Below, piece by piece: positions 16,431 to 25,335 of a stretch of DNA of 64,000 bases. How positions within the stretch are numbered: the stretch's first letter is position 1; each line of letters starts with the position of its first letter. The notes beneath the pieces were generated by a model. The model was given only the letters and a program-made list of their open reading frames with translations. It made no database searches and was not told the origin of the DNA. This DNA is from Candidatus Pacearchaeota archaeon (GTDB lineage Archaea; Nanobdellota; Nanobdellia; Pacearchaeales; GW2011-AR1), in contig JAGLGM010000003.1 in assembly GCA_023144035.1 (NCBI GenBank), forward strand, positions 15,876 through 79,875, in the 5' to 3' direction. The position numbers and the translations under genes are program-made.

Positions 16431-18004
16431 TGAAATATTCTAAAAAAGTTATGTGTGAATTTCTCAAACCTAAAAACATGGGAGAAATAAAAAATCCAGA
16501 TGGAGTTGGAAAAATTGGAAATCCTACTTGTTTACTTCCAGATGAAAAAATTTGGTTAAATGAAAGTTTTGAAGCAATTAAAAAAACAAATAAAGGAGAT
16601 ATGGTTTTATCACATGATTCTACTGAAAATAAGATTTTAGGAAAATTTTCTAGAGAATATAAAGGAGAAATAATCAGACTAAAAAATGCGCTTGGGAATA
16701 TTTTTCTTACTCCAGAACATCTTGTTTTTGCAATGCGTATTCCAAAAGGAGATAAATTTAAAAGAAATAAAGGTAAAAAACAATTGATTCCTTCATGGTA
16801 TCATGCTGAATATTTGAAAAAAGGGGACATAATATTATATCCTTTTTCAAGAAAAGAAAAAAATATTAAATATTTGACAATAGATATCCCAAAACCCAAA
16901 TATGATTTTAGGAGCAAAAATATTCCAAGTAAAATCTCTCTTAACATGGATCTTTTGAGGCTTTTTGGTTACTTTCTCTCGGAAGGAAATATTCAAGATA
17001 AACCATCTAAAACATATATTTCTTTTGCGTTGCATATTAAGGAGAAAGAAATTGTCGAAGACATAAGAAAGATTGTTAAAAGATTATTTGATTTAGAAAT
17101 AAAATCCAAAGAAAGAATAAAGGAAAATGGGGTCGTTGTTTATATTTACCATGCTCAATTAGCAAGATGGTTTAAAAAATTATTTGGAAATGGTACTCAA
17201 AATAAATATTTACCTGAATTTATAATGCAATTACCCATATCAAAACAAAAAGCATTGATAAAAGGTTTGTGGAAAGGAGATGGATGCATCAATGTGAATC
17301 GTATTGGACCAAGAGCAGGCTATGTTACAATTTCATATAGATTATCTCAACAAATAAAAATCCTTTTACTAAGGCAAAAAATAATCTCTTCATTTTATAT
17401 TGAAAAAGAAAAAAAATCCAAATGGGCTAATCATAAAGAAGCTTATAGAATTCATGTGGGACAAAGAGATTCTCTAAAAAAATTATGTAAAATTTTAAAT
17501 TTAAAACATTGCTCAAAATCTTATGAGTCTATTAGTTCTTGGATTAACAATAATTTTTTATATACCCCTATAACTAAAATAGAAAGAAAAAATTATAAAG
17601 GAAAAGTATATAATTTAGAAGTTGAAAAGACCCATTCATTTATTTCAGAAAGTTTTTGTCTTCATAATTGTGGCGATGTTATGTGGGTTTATATTAAAGT
17701 TAAAAATGATAAAATTACAAAAATCAAATTTAAAACATTTGGATGTGCTGCTGCAATTGCAACATCTTCTATGGTTACTCAACTTGCTAAAGGAAAAACA
17801 ACTAAAGATGCTAAAAAAATTAAAATAAAAGATGTGGCATCTTCTTTAAAAGGATTACCTCCTCTAAAAATGCATTGTAGTGAACTTGCAACAGATGCTT
17901 TAAAATTAGCAATTAAAGATTATGAAAAAAAGAAAACTAATAAAAAGAAAAATGAAAATAGAACAAAAAGTAAAACAAACTTTGAAAAAGATAAAGTTAA
18001 ATAA
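16427..18004 (+). CDS. iscU: Fe-S cluster scaffold IscU/NifU-N, interrupted by an intein; Lys-rich C-terminal tail overlaps the next gene
   Basis: N-extein YSKKVMCEFLKPKNMGEIKNPDGVGKIGNPT; C-extein CGDVMWVYIKVKNDKITKIKFKTFGCAAAIATSSM…LPPLKMHCSELATDALKLAIKDY. Confidence 0.8.
   Translation: MMKYSKKVMCEFLKPKNMGEIKNPDGVGKIGNPTCLLPDEKIWLNESFEAIKKTNKGDMVLSHDSTENKILGKFSREYKGEIIRLKNALGNIFLTPEHLVFAMRIPKGDKFKRNKGKKQLIPSWYHAEYLKKGDIILYPFSRKEKNIKYLTIDIPKPKYDFRSKNIPSKISLNMDLLRLFGYFLSEGNIQDKPSKTYISFALHIKEKEIVEDIRKIVKRLFDLEIKSKERIKENGVVVYIYHAQLARWFKKLFGNGTQNKYLPEFIMQLPISKQKALIKGLWKGDGCINVNRIGPRAGYVTISYRLSQQIKILLLRQKIISSFYIEKEKKSKWANHKEAYRIHVGQRDSLKKLCKILNLKHCSKSYESISSWINNNFLYTPITKIERKNYKGKVYNLEVEKTHSFISESFCLHNCGDVMWVYIKVKNDKITKIKFKTFGCAAAIATSSMVTQLAKGKTTKDAKKIKIKDVASSLKGLPPLKMHCSELATDALKLAIKDYEKKKTNKKKNENRTKSKTNFEKDKVK
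16529..17668 (+). other. Intein (380 aa) with LAGLIDADG homing-endonuclease domain, inserted in IscU between GNPT and CGD
   Basis: Starts CLLPDEKIWLN (block A), LTPEHLVFA (block B TxxH), LFGYFLSEGNI and LIKGLWKGDGC (LAGLIDADG blocks). Ends …VYNLEVEKTHSFISESFCLHN followed by extein Cys. Confidence 0.75.
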
Positions 18005-18770
18005 AAAAGAAAAAATCATAGTTGCACTTTCTGGTGGAAAAGACTCAACTGTAACTGCTTATCTTTTAAAGAAATTAGGATATAATATTGAAGGATTTCA
18101 TATTAATTTAAGAATTGGAAAATATAGTGAAGATTGCTTAGAAGCTATAGAGAAATTATGTAAAGACCTTAAGATTAAACTTCATGTCTATGATATGAAA
18201 AATGAAATGGGAAGTGGAATGTGTTATCTCAGAACATCTATTCAATCAAGCCCAGGCAAAGGTAGACTAAAAAATTGTGCTATTTGCGGAGTTATTAAAA
18301 AATGGATTTTAAATAGAGAAGTGAGAAAATTAAAAGCTGATAAAATTGCGACAGGTCATAATTTAGATGATGAAGCTCAAACATTTTTAATGAATATCTT
18401 TAAAGGAAGTCCAAAATTAAGTGTAAACTCAGGTCCAATAACATTAAATATGCATGACGAAAAATTTATTCCAAGAATAAAACCTTTATTTTATGTTGCT
18501 GAAAATGATATTAGAGAATATTCAAAAAAAAATAAACTTCCTGTAAATTATGGGGCTTGTCCGTGTGCATTAGATTCTTATAGAATTCAAGTTAGGAAAT
18601 TCCTTGACACTTTATCTAAAAAAGATAAAGAAAACATTGTAAAAAACTTTGATAAATTACTTAAAAAAATTTCAAAATCAAAAGATGACAAAATAACTTA
18701 TTGTGAAATGTGTGGTGAACCTTCTAGAAATAATATCTGTAAAAAATGTGAATTAATGAAGATCGTCTAA
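17922..18770 (+). CDS. tRNA 2-thiolation PP-loop ATPase (TtuA/NcsA/Ncs6 family); true start probably internal, around 17952
   Basis: SGGKDS PP-loop, CAICG and C-terminal CEMCGEPSRNNICKKC zinc fingers. Confidence 0.7.
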   Translation: MKKRKLIKRKMKIEQKVKQTLKKIKLNKKEKIIVALSGGKDSTVTAYLLKKLGYNIEGFHINLRIGKYSEDCLEAIEKLCKDLKIKLHVYDMKNEMGSGMCYLRTSIQSSPGKGRLKNCAICGVIKKWILNREVRKLKADKIATGHNLDDEAQTFLMNIFKGSPKLSVNSGPITLNMHDEKFIPRIKPLFYVAENDIREYSKKNKLPVNYGACPCALDSYRIQVRKFLDTLSKKDKENIVKNFDKLLKKISKSKDDKITYCEMCGEPSRNNICKKCELMKIV

Positions 18771-19856
18771 CCAAATTGCATCTTTTTTTAATCTTCTTTT
18801 GAAAAAAGATTCAAAATCATTTTGATTTTTGTTTTGATGCCATTTAAAATAAATATCTTTTCCAATAATTCCTATAATTTCTGCCTTTCCTTCTGCATGA
18901 GACATACAATATTTTATTCTTCTACAAATTATATTTCCATGTGTTTTCTTTTTTGCATCAGAGAAAATTTTTACTCCTTTTTCTAATGAAACTGAGAAAT
19001 GTTTTTTTACTCTTTTAACAGGTCTACATTGAAATAAATAATAAGGAAGAACTCCAACTTCAATTAATTTATTCCACAACTCTGCAAGAATATCTGCTTT
19101 ATCATTTACTCCTTTTAATAAAACAGTTTGGTTATATGCTGTTGCTCCTGCATCTAAAAATCTTTTAACTGCTCTAACAGATTCTTTTGTGATTTCTCTT
19201 GGATGATTAAAATGAGTTACAAGACAAATTCTTTTTTTCTTTGTAAATTTTTTAACCATTTTTATTAATTTATGACCTTTATTTATTCTTTCAGGAAATA
19301 CAACTGGCACTCTAGAAGCAATTCTGATATATTTTACATGAGGAATAGTTGAAATTTCTTCGAAAAACTTTTCTAAAACTTCTGATGTTAAAGCTAATGC
19401 ATCTCCTCCACTTAAAATAATATTATCAATTTCTTTATGATTTCTTACATAATCAATTGATTCTTTAAATCTTCTAACAACTTCATTACTAGGTAAACCT
19501 GCAAGTCTTTTTCTAAAACAGTGTCTACAATAAGCAGTACATCTATTTGTAGTTAATATTAAAGCAGTTTGAGGATATTTATGTTGTAAACCTACAGTTT
19601 TAACATTAGAGGATTCACAACTTGCATCATAATCTCCTTCTAAATCTAATTCTCCTTTTGAAGGAATAATCATTTTTTTAATTGGATCTTTTTCATCTTT
19701 AGGATTAATAAGAGAAAGATAATATTTAGTAATCTTCATAGGATGAATTTTATGAATCTCTTTTATTACTTTTTCTTCGTCTTTAGAAAGAGGAAGATAT
19801 TGTTTTAACTCCTCTATTGTTGTTATAAAATGGTGATTTTTAAACTTAAAACTCAT
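18753..19856 (-). CDS. Radical SAM enzyme, lysine 2,3-aminomutase (KamA/EpmB) family
   Basis: TNRCTAYCRHCFRKR CxxxCxxC; KamA-like length. Confidence 0.7.
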   Translation of the reverse strand: MSFKFKNHHFITTIEELKQYLPLSKDEEKVIKEIHKIHPMKITKYYLSLINPKDEKDPIKKMIIPSKGELDLEGDYDASCESSNVKTVGLQHKYPQTALILTTNRCTAYCRHCFRKRLAGLPSNEVVRRFKESIDYVRNHKEIDNIILSGGDALALTSEVLEKFFEEISTIPHVKYIRIASRVPVVFPERINKGHKLIKMVKKFTKKKRICLVTHFNHPREITKESVRAVKRFLDAGATAYNQTVLLKGVNDKADILAELWNKLIEVGVLPYYLFQCRPVKRVKKHFSVSLEKGVKIFSDAKKKTHGNIICRRIKYCMSHAEGKAEIIGIIGKDIYFKWHQNKNQNDFESFFKRRLKKDAIWLDDLH

Positions 19857-19925
19857 AAATTAAAAAAGTAAAAATCGTTTATAACTCTTCTTATTTTAAG
19901 AAATATAAATTATAAAAATAAAAAA

Positions 19926-20186
19926 TTATTTCTTTTTCTTAACTGATTTCTTTGCTTTTTTTGGTTTAACAGCTTTGTATTTTAGTTTTGAAAATACAAA
20001 AATATACAATATTGGCAAGATACCTACACTATTAATTACAGCTATTACAATAAACCAAATTAAATTATTATTTCTTGCTGATTTCCATAGAGCTAATAAT
20101 TTCCATACAGCACTCCAAAGAAGAATTATTATAAGTAACCAAGTAGCAATTCCAACTTGAGCAGCAATTGTTTCTAAATATTCCAT
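19926..20186 (-). CDS. Small membrane protein with Lys-rich tail
   Basis: Two TM helices, KPKKAKKSVKKKK. Confidence 0.4.
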   Translation of the reverse strand: MEYLETIAAQVGIATWLLIIILLWSAVWKLLALWKSARNNNLIWFIVIAVINSVGILPILYIFVFSKLKYKAVKPKKAKKSVKKKK

Positions 20187-20326
20187 TTTTACCTCCTAAT
20201 TATCTCAAAGATAGTTTAATTTAAAAAATTATCTTGTTGGGCAAGAGAGTGGTTACTAACCTTTAAATACTATTTGGCTTTAATAATATTCCACTATACA
20301 AGTTATAGTAATAAAAAGAATGTGAT

Positions 20327-20342
20327 ATACAATATATTGTAT
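20327..20342. promoter_or_regulatory. NrdR-box-like perfect 16-bp palindrome atacaatatattgtat upstream of nrdR-nrdJ, nested in an outer inverted repeat ctatacaag/cttgtatag (20294-20358)
   Basis: Perfect palindrome about 50 nt upstream of nrdR ATG; resembles the bacterial NrdR box consensus acaC-AtATaT-Gtgt. Confidence 0.5.
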
Positions 20343-20391
20343 GTTATATCTTGTATAGAAATAAAAGAGGAAACTGTATACTAAATAAAAA

Positions 20392-20829
20392 ATGGATTGT
20401 CCATATTGTTCACACATAAATTCAAAAGTAACAGATAAAAGAAAATCTCCACAAGGGGTAAGAAGAAGGAGAGAATGTCTCAAATGTAAAAAGAGGTTTA
20501 CTACATATGAGAAAACAGAAAAAGGAGACCTCTATGTAATAAAAAAACAAGGACAAAGAGAAAAATTTAATAGAGATAAATTAGAATCTGGAATTGAAAG
20601 AGCATTTGAAAAAAGACCTGTTTCAAGAGATAAAGTTCAAAAGATGATTAATGAAATAGAAGAACAAATAAGAAAAAGAGGTAAAAAAGAAATAAAGAGT
20701 TCAATTATAGGTGATTTAGTATCTAAAAAGATAAAAAGACTAGATAAGGTTGCTTATATTAGGTTTGCTTCAGTCTATAGAGACTTTGAAGATATTAAAG
20801 ATTTTAAAAAGGAGTTAAAAGAATTATAA
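20392..20829 (+). CDS. nrdR: Transcriptional repressor NrdR (zinc ribbon plus ATP-cone)
   Basis: MDCPYCSHINSKVTDKRKSPQGVRRRRECLKCKKRFTTYE. Confidence 0.85.
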   Translation: MDCPYCSHINSKVTDKRKSPQGVRRRRECLKCKKRFTTYEKTEKGDLYVIKKQGQREKFNRDKLESGIERAFEKRPVSRDKVQKMINEIEEQIRKRGKKEIKSSIIGDLVSKKIKRLDKVAYIRFASVYRDFEDIKDFKKELKEL

Positions 20830-20831
20830 AA

Positions 20832-23800
20832 ATGATTGAAAAAATAAGTGGTTTAGAAAATAAAACATTTACTCCTGAATATTCTGTTATAAAATTCACA
20901 GACAATCCTTTAAAATATTCTCCAAGAGAATTAAAATCATATGATGAAGATAGGCATATAAAAATTGATGATGCTTATAGTCTTGTTGATTCTCAAAAAA
21001 TAGATAGTTTAAGTTCTGAAAAATTAAGAGAAGCTGTAAATTCCGGAGACATAAGAATTTATGATTTTAAAGAAGAAAAATGTTTAGATAGATTAGATTT
21101 AGGAAAAGTTTACAATAATCCAATTAAAGAAAAACAAGGACTTGAAATTAATAGATATTTTACTCAAGAAGGTGAAAACCCTTTTGATTCAGTTGAATTT
21201 AAAAAAAGAGATTTTCAAATAGTAGATAAAGATACAAAAAAAATTATTTTCGAGATGAAAAATACAGAGTTTCCAGAATGGATAGATGAAACTTCAGCCA
21301 CCATTGTTGCAAATAAATATTTTTTTAATCCAGATAAAAAAGAATGGAAACAAAAAATAAAAAATAAGCTTGGAAGAGATCATGAATATTCTCTTAAACA
21401 TCTTAATAGTAGAGTTACTGATTTTATTACAGGAGAAGGTTGGAAATTAGGTTATTTTAAATCAGAAAAAGATAGAGAAATATTTAGAGACGAACTTAAC
21501 TTCATACAAATTAATGGAATAGGTTCTTTTAATTCCCCAGTACAATTTAATGCAGGATTATTTAATTCATATGGTATTCAAGGAAGTTCTGGAATAAATT
21601 ATTGGAATGATCCTGAAACAGGAGAGGTGAAAAAAGTTGTTAATGGAGAATATATACACCCTCAATTACATGCTTGTTTTATTAAAGGACCAAATGATGA
21701 TTTAGAAAGTATTTTACAACATGGAATTGATGAAGGAGCTATTTTTGCTTCTGGTTCTGGAATAGGTCAAGACATTGGAGTTTTAAGAGAAGGAGGAGGA
21801 ACTCTTTCAGGAGGAGGAAAAGCTTCTGGTCCAAAAAGTTTTACTATTTGGTATGATAAAGGAGCAGGAACAATTAAATCAGGAGGTAAAACAAGAAGAG
21901 CTGCTAGAATGACAATTATGAGGCAAGATCATCCAGATATTCAAGAATTTGTTGGAATGAAAATTGCTGAAGATAAAAAAGCTTTAACCTTAATACAAAA
22001 TGGATATGAGAATGGAATGGATGGTGAAGCTTATACAACTGTTTCCCTTCAAAATACTAATTTTTCAGTTAGATTAGATGATTATTTCTTTAAAACTCTT
22101 GATCAAGGAGGAAAAATTGAATTAAGAGGAATAAAAGATAAAAAAGTAAAGGGGAAAGTTTCTGCTGATTCTCTTTTAAAAGAAATTTCTTTTGGAAGTT
22201 GGAGAATTGGAGATCCAGCAGTTCAATATGATAGTCAAATTCAAAAAATGCATACTTCTAAAAATTCAGGGAAAATAAAATCAAGTAATCCTTGTGGAGA
22301 ATTTATGAATATTGATAATACTTCTTGTAATCTTTATGCTAATAGGTTAACAGCATTTATAGATGAAAATGGAAATTTTGATGTTGAAAAATATAAATAT
22401 TCTGTAAGAATTGCTGCAATTGCTCAAGATATTGCTAATAAAGCAGCTTCTTATCCTGTTAAAGATATAGCGTCTATAAGTCCAGAATTTAGTTCAATTG
22501 GTCAAGGATTTGCTGATTTAGGTTCTTTATTAATGAGAAAAGGATTAGCTTATGATTCTGACGAAGCAAGATCATTAACTGCAGCTATTTCTGCTTTAAT
22601 GACTGGTACTGTTTATGAGACTTCAATTGAAATGGCTGAAAAATTAGGAACTTTTGAACATTATGAATTTAATCAACAACCTATGCTAAATGTAATGAAA
22701 AAACATAAAAAAAATCTTAAAGATGTTGATTGGGAAAAAATGGAAGATCCTAATTTGAAAAGAGCAGCTTATAAATCTTGGAACAATATCCTTAAAGAAG
22801 GAAAAGAACATGGTTTTAGAAATTCTCAAACAACTGTTTTAGCTCCAACTGGAACAACCTCTTTTTTAATGGGCTGTAGCACCACAGGTATTGAACCTGC
22901 ATTTTCTTTGAGTACTACAAAAAATCTTGCTGGAGGAGGCCATGTAACAATTACAAATAAAGATGTTAAATTTTCATTAAATAATTTAGGATATTCTGAA
23001 GAAAACATAAAAGATATTTCAAAATTTGTTGAAAAATATAATACTTTAATTGATGCACCTCATTTAAATCCAGAACATTATCCTATATTTGACACTGCTA
23101 TAGGGAATAATGGAAAAGGAAGTATTAGTTTAGAAGGACATATGAAAATGATGGGAGCTGCACAACCTTTTATTTCTGGAGCTATTTCAAAAACAAATAA
23201 CCTTCCAAAAGAATCAACTGTTAAAGATATTTATGATGGCTATCTTTTAGGAGATGAACTTGATTTAAAAGGAGTTACAATCTTTAGGAGTAGTAGTAAA
23301 CCTGTTGCTGCATATGGAGATTCTGAAGTAGGTGTTAAATTAAAAAGAGGAGAAAAAGAAGAATTACCTTTTAGTGGAGATAGTTTTAGACAAGAAATTA
23401 AAATAAATCAAGCTCCTTTTTTAATAAACATTGGAGAATATGAAGATGGAAGACCAGGAGAAATTGTTATTAATTCATATACTTCTGATTCAACATTAGG
23501 AGCTGTTTTAAGAACAGCAGGAATTTCTGCATCTAGTGCCCTTAAGAGAGGGTCTGATCTAGAAGATGTTTTTAAAGGATGGATAGGCCATGGTTTTGAA
23601 CCTCGTGGTCTTGTAAAAATTGAAAATTCAAAAGGAGTAATAAAACCCCACCCTTATATAAAAGAAGCTTCTTCTCCATTAGATTTTGCAGGAAGATTAG
23701 CCCTTTTACATTATAAAGGTGAAAAAGATTTTGCAACAGAACCAGATCAAGTTAATTTAGGTGATTTAAGAGGTGCAAAGAATGGGGCATTTAAAACATA

Positions 23801-24029
23801 TCAAAGAATGGAAGTAGATGAATGGAATATTGATGATGTTTTAAAAGATGCTGAAACAGGAGGTTTTGTTAATGAGAGTGAGTTTTCAAATGGAAATAAA
23901 AAGAAAAAAAATGGGAATAATAAAGGACTTCTTTGCACTACCGGTTGTGGAGGATTAATGGTTCAAACAGGACCTAATTGCTTCCAATGTAATAGTTGTG
24001 GAGAAAAACGTGGAGGATGTGGAGGATAG
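20832..24029 (+). CDS. nrdJ: Ribonucleotide reductase, class II (B12-dependent, NrdJ-type) with C-terminal Cys-rich tail
   Basis: NPCGEF active site; C-terminal CTTGCGGLMVQTGPNCFQCNSCGEKRGGCGG; 3 nt downstream of nrdR (operon). Confidence 0.8.
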   Translation: MIEKISGLENKTFTPEYSVIKFTDNPLKYSPRELKSYDEDRHIKIDDAYSLVDSQKIDSLSSEKLREAVNSGDIRIYDFKEEKCLDRLDLGKVYNNPIKEKQGLEINRYFTQEGENPFDSVEFKKRDFQIVDKDTKKIIFEMKNTEFPEWIDETSATIVANKYFFNPDKKEWKQKIKNKLGRDHEYSLKHLNSRVTDFITGEGWKLGYFKSEKDREIFRDELNFIQINGIGSFNSPVQFNAGLFNSYGIQGSSGINYWNDPETGEVKKVVNGEYIHPQLHACFIKGPNDDLESILQHGIDEGAIFASGSGIGQDIGVLREGGGTLSGGGKASGPKSFTIWYDKGAGTIKSGGKTRRAARMTIMRQDHPDIQEFVGMKIAEDKKALTLIQNGYENGMDGEAYTTVSLQNTNFSVRLDDYFFKTLDQGGKIELRGIKDKKVKGKVSADSLLKEISFGSWRIGDPAVQYDSQIQKMHTSKNSGKIKSSNPCGEFMNIDNTSCNLYANRLTAFIDENGNFDVEKYKYSVRIAAIAQDIANKAASYPVKDIASISPEFSSIGQGFADLGSLLMRKGLAYDSDEARSLTAAISALMTGTVYETSIEMAEKLGTFEHYEFNQQPMLNVMKKHKKNLKDVDWEKMEDPNLKRAAYKSWNNILKEGKEHGFRNSQTTVLAPTGTTSFLMGCSTTGIEPAFSLSTTKNLAGGGHVTITNKDVKFSLNNLGYSEENIKDISKFVEKYNTLIDAPHLNPEHYPIFDTAIGNNGKGSISLEGHMKMMGAAQPFISGAISKTNNLPKESTVKDIYDGYLLGDELDLKGVTIFRSSSKPVAAYGDSEVGVKLKRGEKEELPFSGDSFRQEIKINQAPFLINIGEYEDGRPGEIVINSYTSDSTLGAVLRTAGISASSALKRGSDLEDVFKGWIGHGFEPRGLVKIENSKGVIKPHPYIKEASSPLDFAGRLALLHYKGEKDFATEPDQVNLGDLRGAKNGAFKTYQRMEVDEWNIDDVLKDAETGGFVNESEFSNGNKKKKNGNNKGLLCTTGCGGLMVQTGPNCFQCNSCGEKRGGCGG

Positions 24030-24107
24030 GTAAGTGCGAATAATTCTTTCTTAAAGTATATTTCAAATTACAATTATTCTTAAAAAGCGTTAAAGGAATT
24101 TAATTTT

Positions 24108-24614
24108 ATGAAAAAAAGAAAGATTCCTAATTGGGATGATTATTTTATGTCAATGGTTTATCTTGTTGCATCAAAAAGTAAAGATGAAAGAACTCATATT
24201 GGAGCAATTATTGTAGGTGAAAATAAAGAAGTTGTTTCTTTAGGTTACAATAGTTTTCCTAGAGGGCTTAATGATAATATTTCTAAAAGGCAAGAAAAAC
24301 CAGAAAAAGATTATTGGTTTGAACATGCTGAAAGAAATGCTATTTACAATGCAACTTTAATTGGAACTTCTTTAAATGGATGTAAAATGTATACAAATGG
24401 TATTCCTTGCATGGATTGTGCAAGAGGTATTGTTCAATCGGGAATTCTTGAAGTTATTGTAGATAAAAAATGGAATGAAAGTAATACAGGAGATGATTTA
24501 GAACATTCAAAAAGAACAATTCAAATGTTTAAAGAAACAGGTGTTAAATTAAGATATTGGAAAGGAAAACTTTTGAAGATTGAAAAGTTTCGAGGAAAAA
24601 AGGCCTTGAAATAA
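24108..24614 (+). CDS. dCMP deaminase (ComEB-type)
   Basis: HAERNAI and PCMDCARGI zinc-binding motifs. Confidence 0.8.
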   Translation: MKKRKIPNWDDYFMSMVYLVASKSKDERTHIGAIIVGENKEVVSLGYNSFPRGLNDNISKRQEKPEKDYWFEHAERNAIYNATLIGTSLNGCKMYTNGIPCMDCARGIVQSGILEVIVDKKWNESNTGDDLEHSKRTIQMFKETGVKLRYWKGKLLKIEKFRGKKALK

Positions 24615-24686
24615 AACATCTATCACAATTAAACTTAAAAAGAAACTTATCTCAGAGATAAGATAAAAAAGGAGATTAATAAAAAA

Positions 24687-25262
24687 ATGCCAATTTCAGC
24701 TTTAAAATTATTAGAATTAAATGAAAAATATAATTTAATTGAAAATCTTTCTGAAAGAGAATTATTAAATCCAGAAGGTGTTGGAACAGATCTTAGAGTT
24801 GGTGAAGTTTACAAAATAATAGAGCCAGGATTCTTAGGAATTGACGAAAGACACACTCCAGCAATTAAAAAAGTAGCAGATATAAATGAAGGAGATAAAA
24901 AAGTAGTTTTAAATCCTGGAGCATATGTTTTAGTTAAAACAATGGAAAGACTTAATGTTCCAGCTGAAAAAATCTCTCTTGAAACATGGAAAGCGTCTAG
25001 ATATCTTATGCCTGTTGTTTATCCTAGGAGCACTTTACAAAGATGTGGAATTGCTTTATTTAGAACAAAAACAGACCCAGGATATTCAGGAGAATTAACT
25101 TTTGGTTTAACAAATTTAGGAAACCAGAAATTCACATTTGAATTAGGTGCTAGAATGTTTAATGTTGTGTTTGAACCTGTAATAGGTGATATAAACAGAG
25201 CTTATAGTGGACAACACAATCAAGGCAGAGTTAGTGGCGGAGTAACTGAATTTCAGAATTGA
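24687..25262 (+). CDS. dCTP deaminase / dUTPase-family protein
   Basis: DPGYSGELTFGLTNLGNQKFTFELGARMFNVVF resembles the dCTP deaminase C-terminal motif. Confidence 0.55.
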   Translation: MPISALKLLELNEKYNLIENLSERELLNPEGVGTDLRVGEVYKIIEPGFLGIDERHTPAIKKVADINEGDKKVVLNPGAYVLVKTMERLNVPAEKISLETWKASRYLMPVVYPRSTLQRCGIALFRTKTDPGYSGELTFGLTNLGNQKFTFELGARMFNVVFEPVIGDINRAYSGQHNQGRVSGGVTEFQN

Positions 25263-25335
25263 TTTTTTTATAAAATTTAAATAATTCTTAAAATATATTT
25301 TAGATTGCTATTATATTTATAAAAGAAACTTAGTT

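Noticed and set aside
20280-20483. 67-aa minus-strand ORF
   Set aside because: Covers the NrdR-box palindrome and nrdR start; antisense artefact.
20832-24029. Possible intein in the large (1065-aa) class II RNR
   Set aside because: Scanned for Cys/Ser-start blocks, TxxH and LAGLIDADG motifs and a terminal HN; none found. The extra length appears to be native N- and C-terminal extensions.
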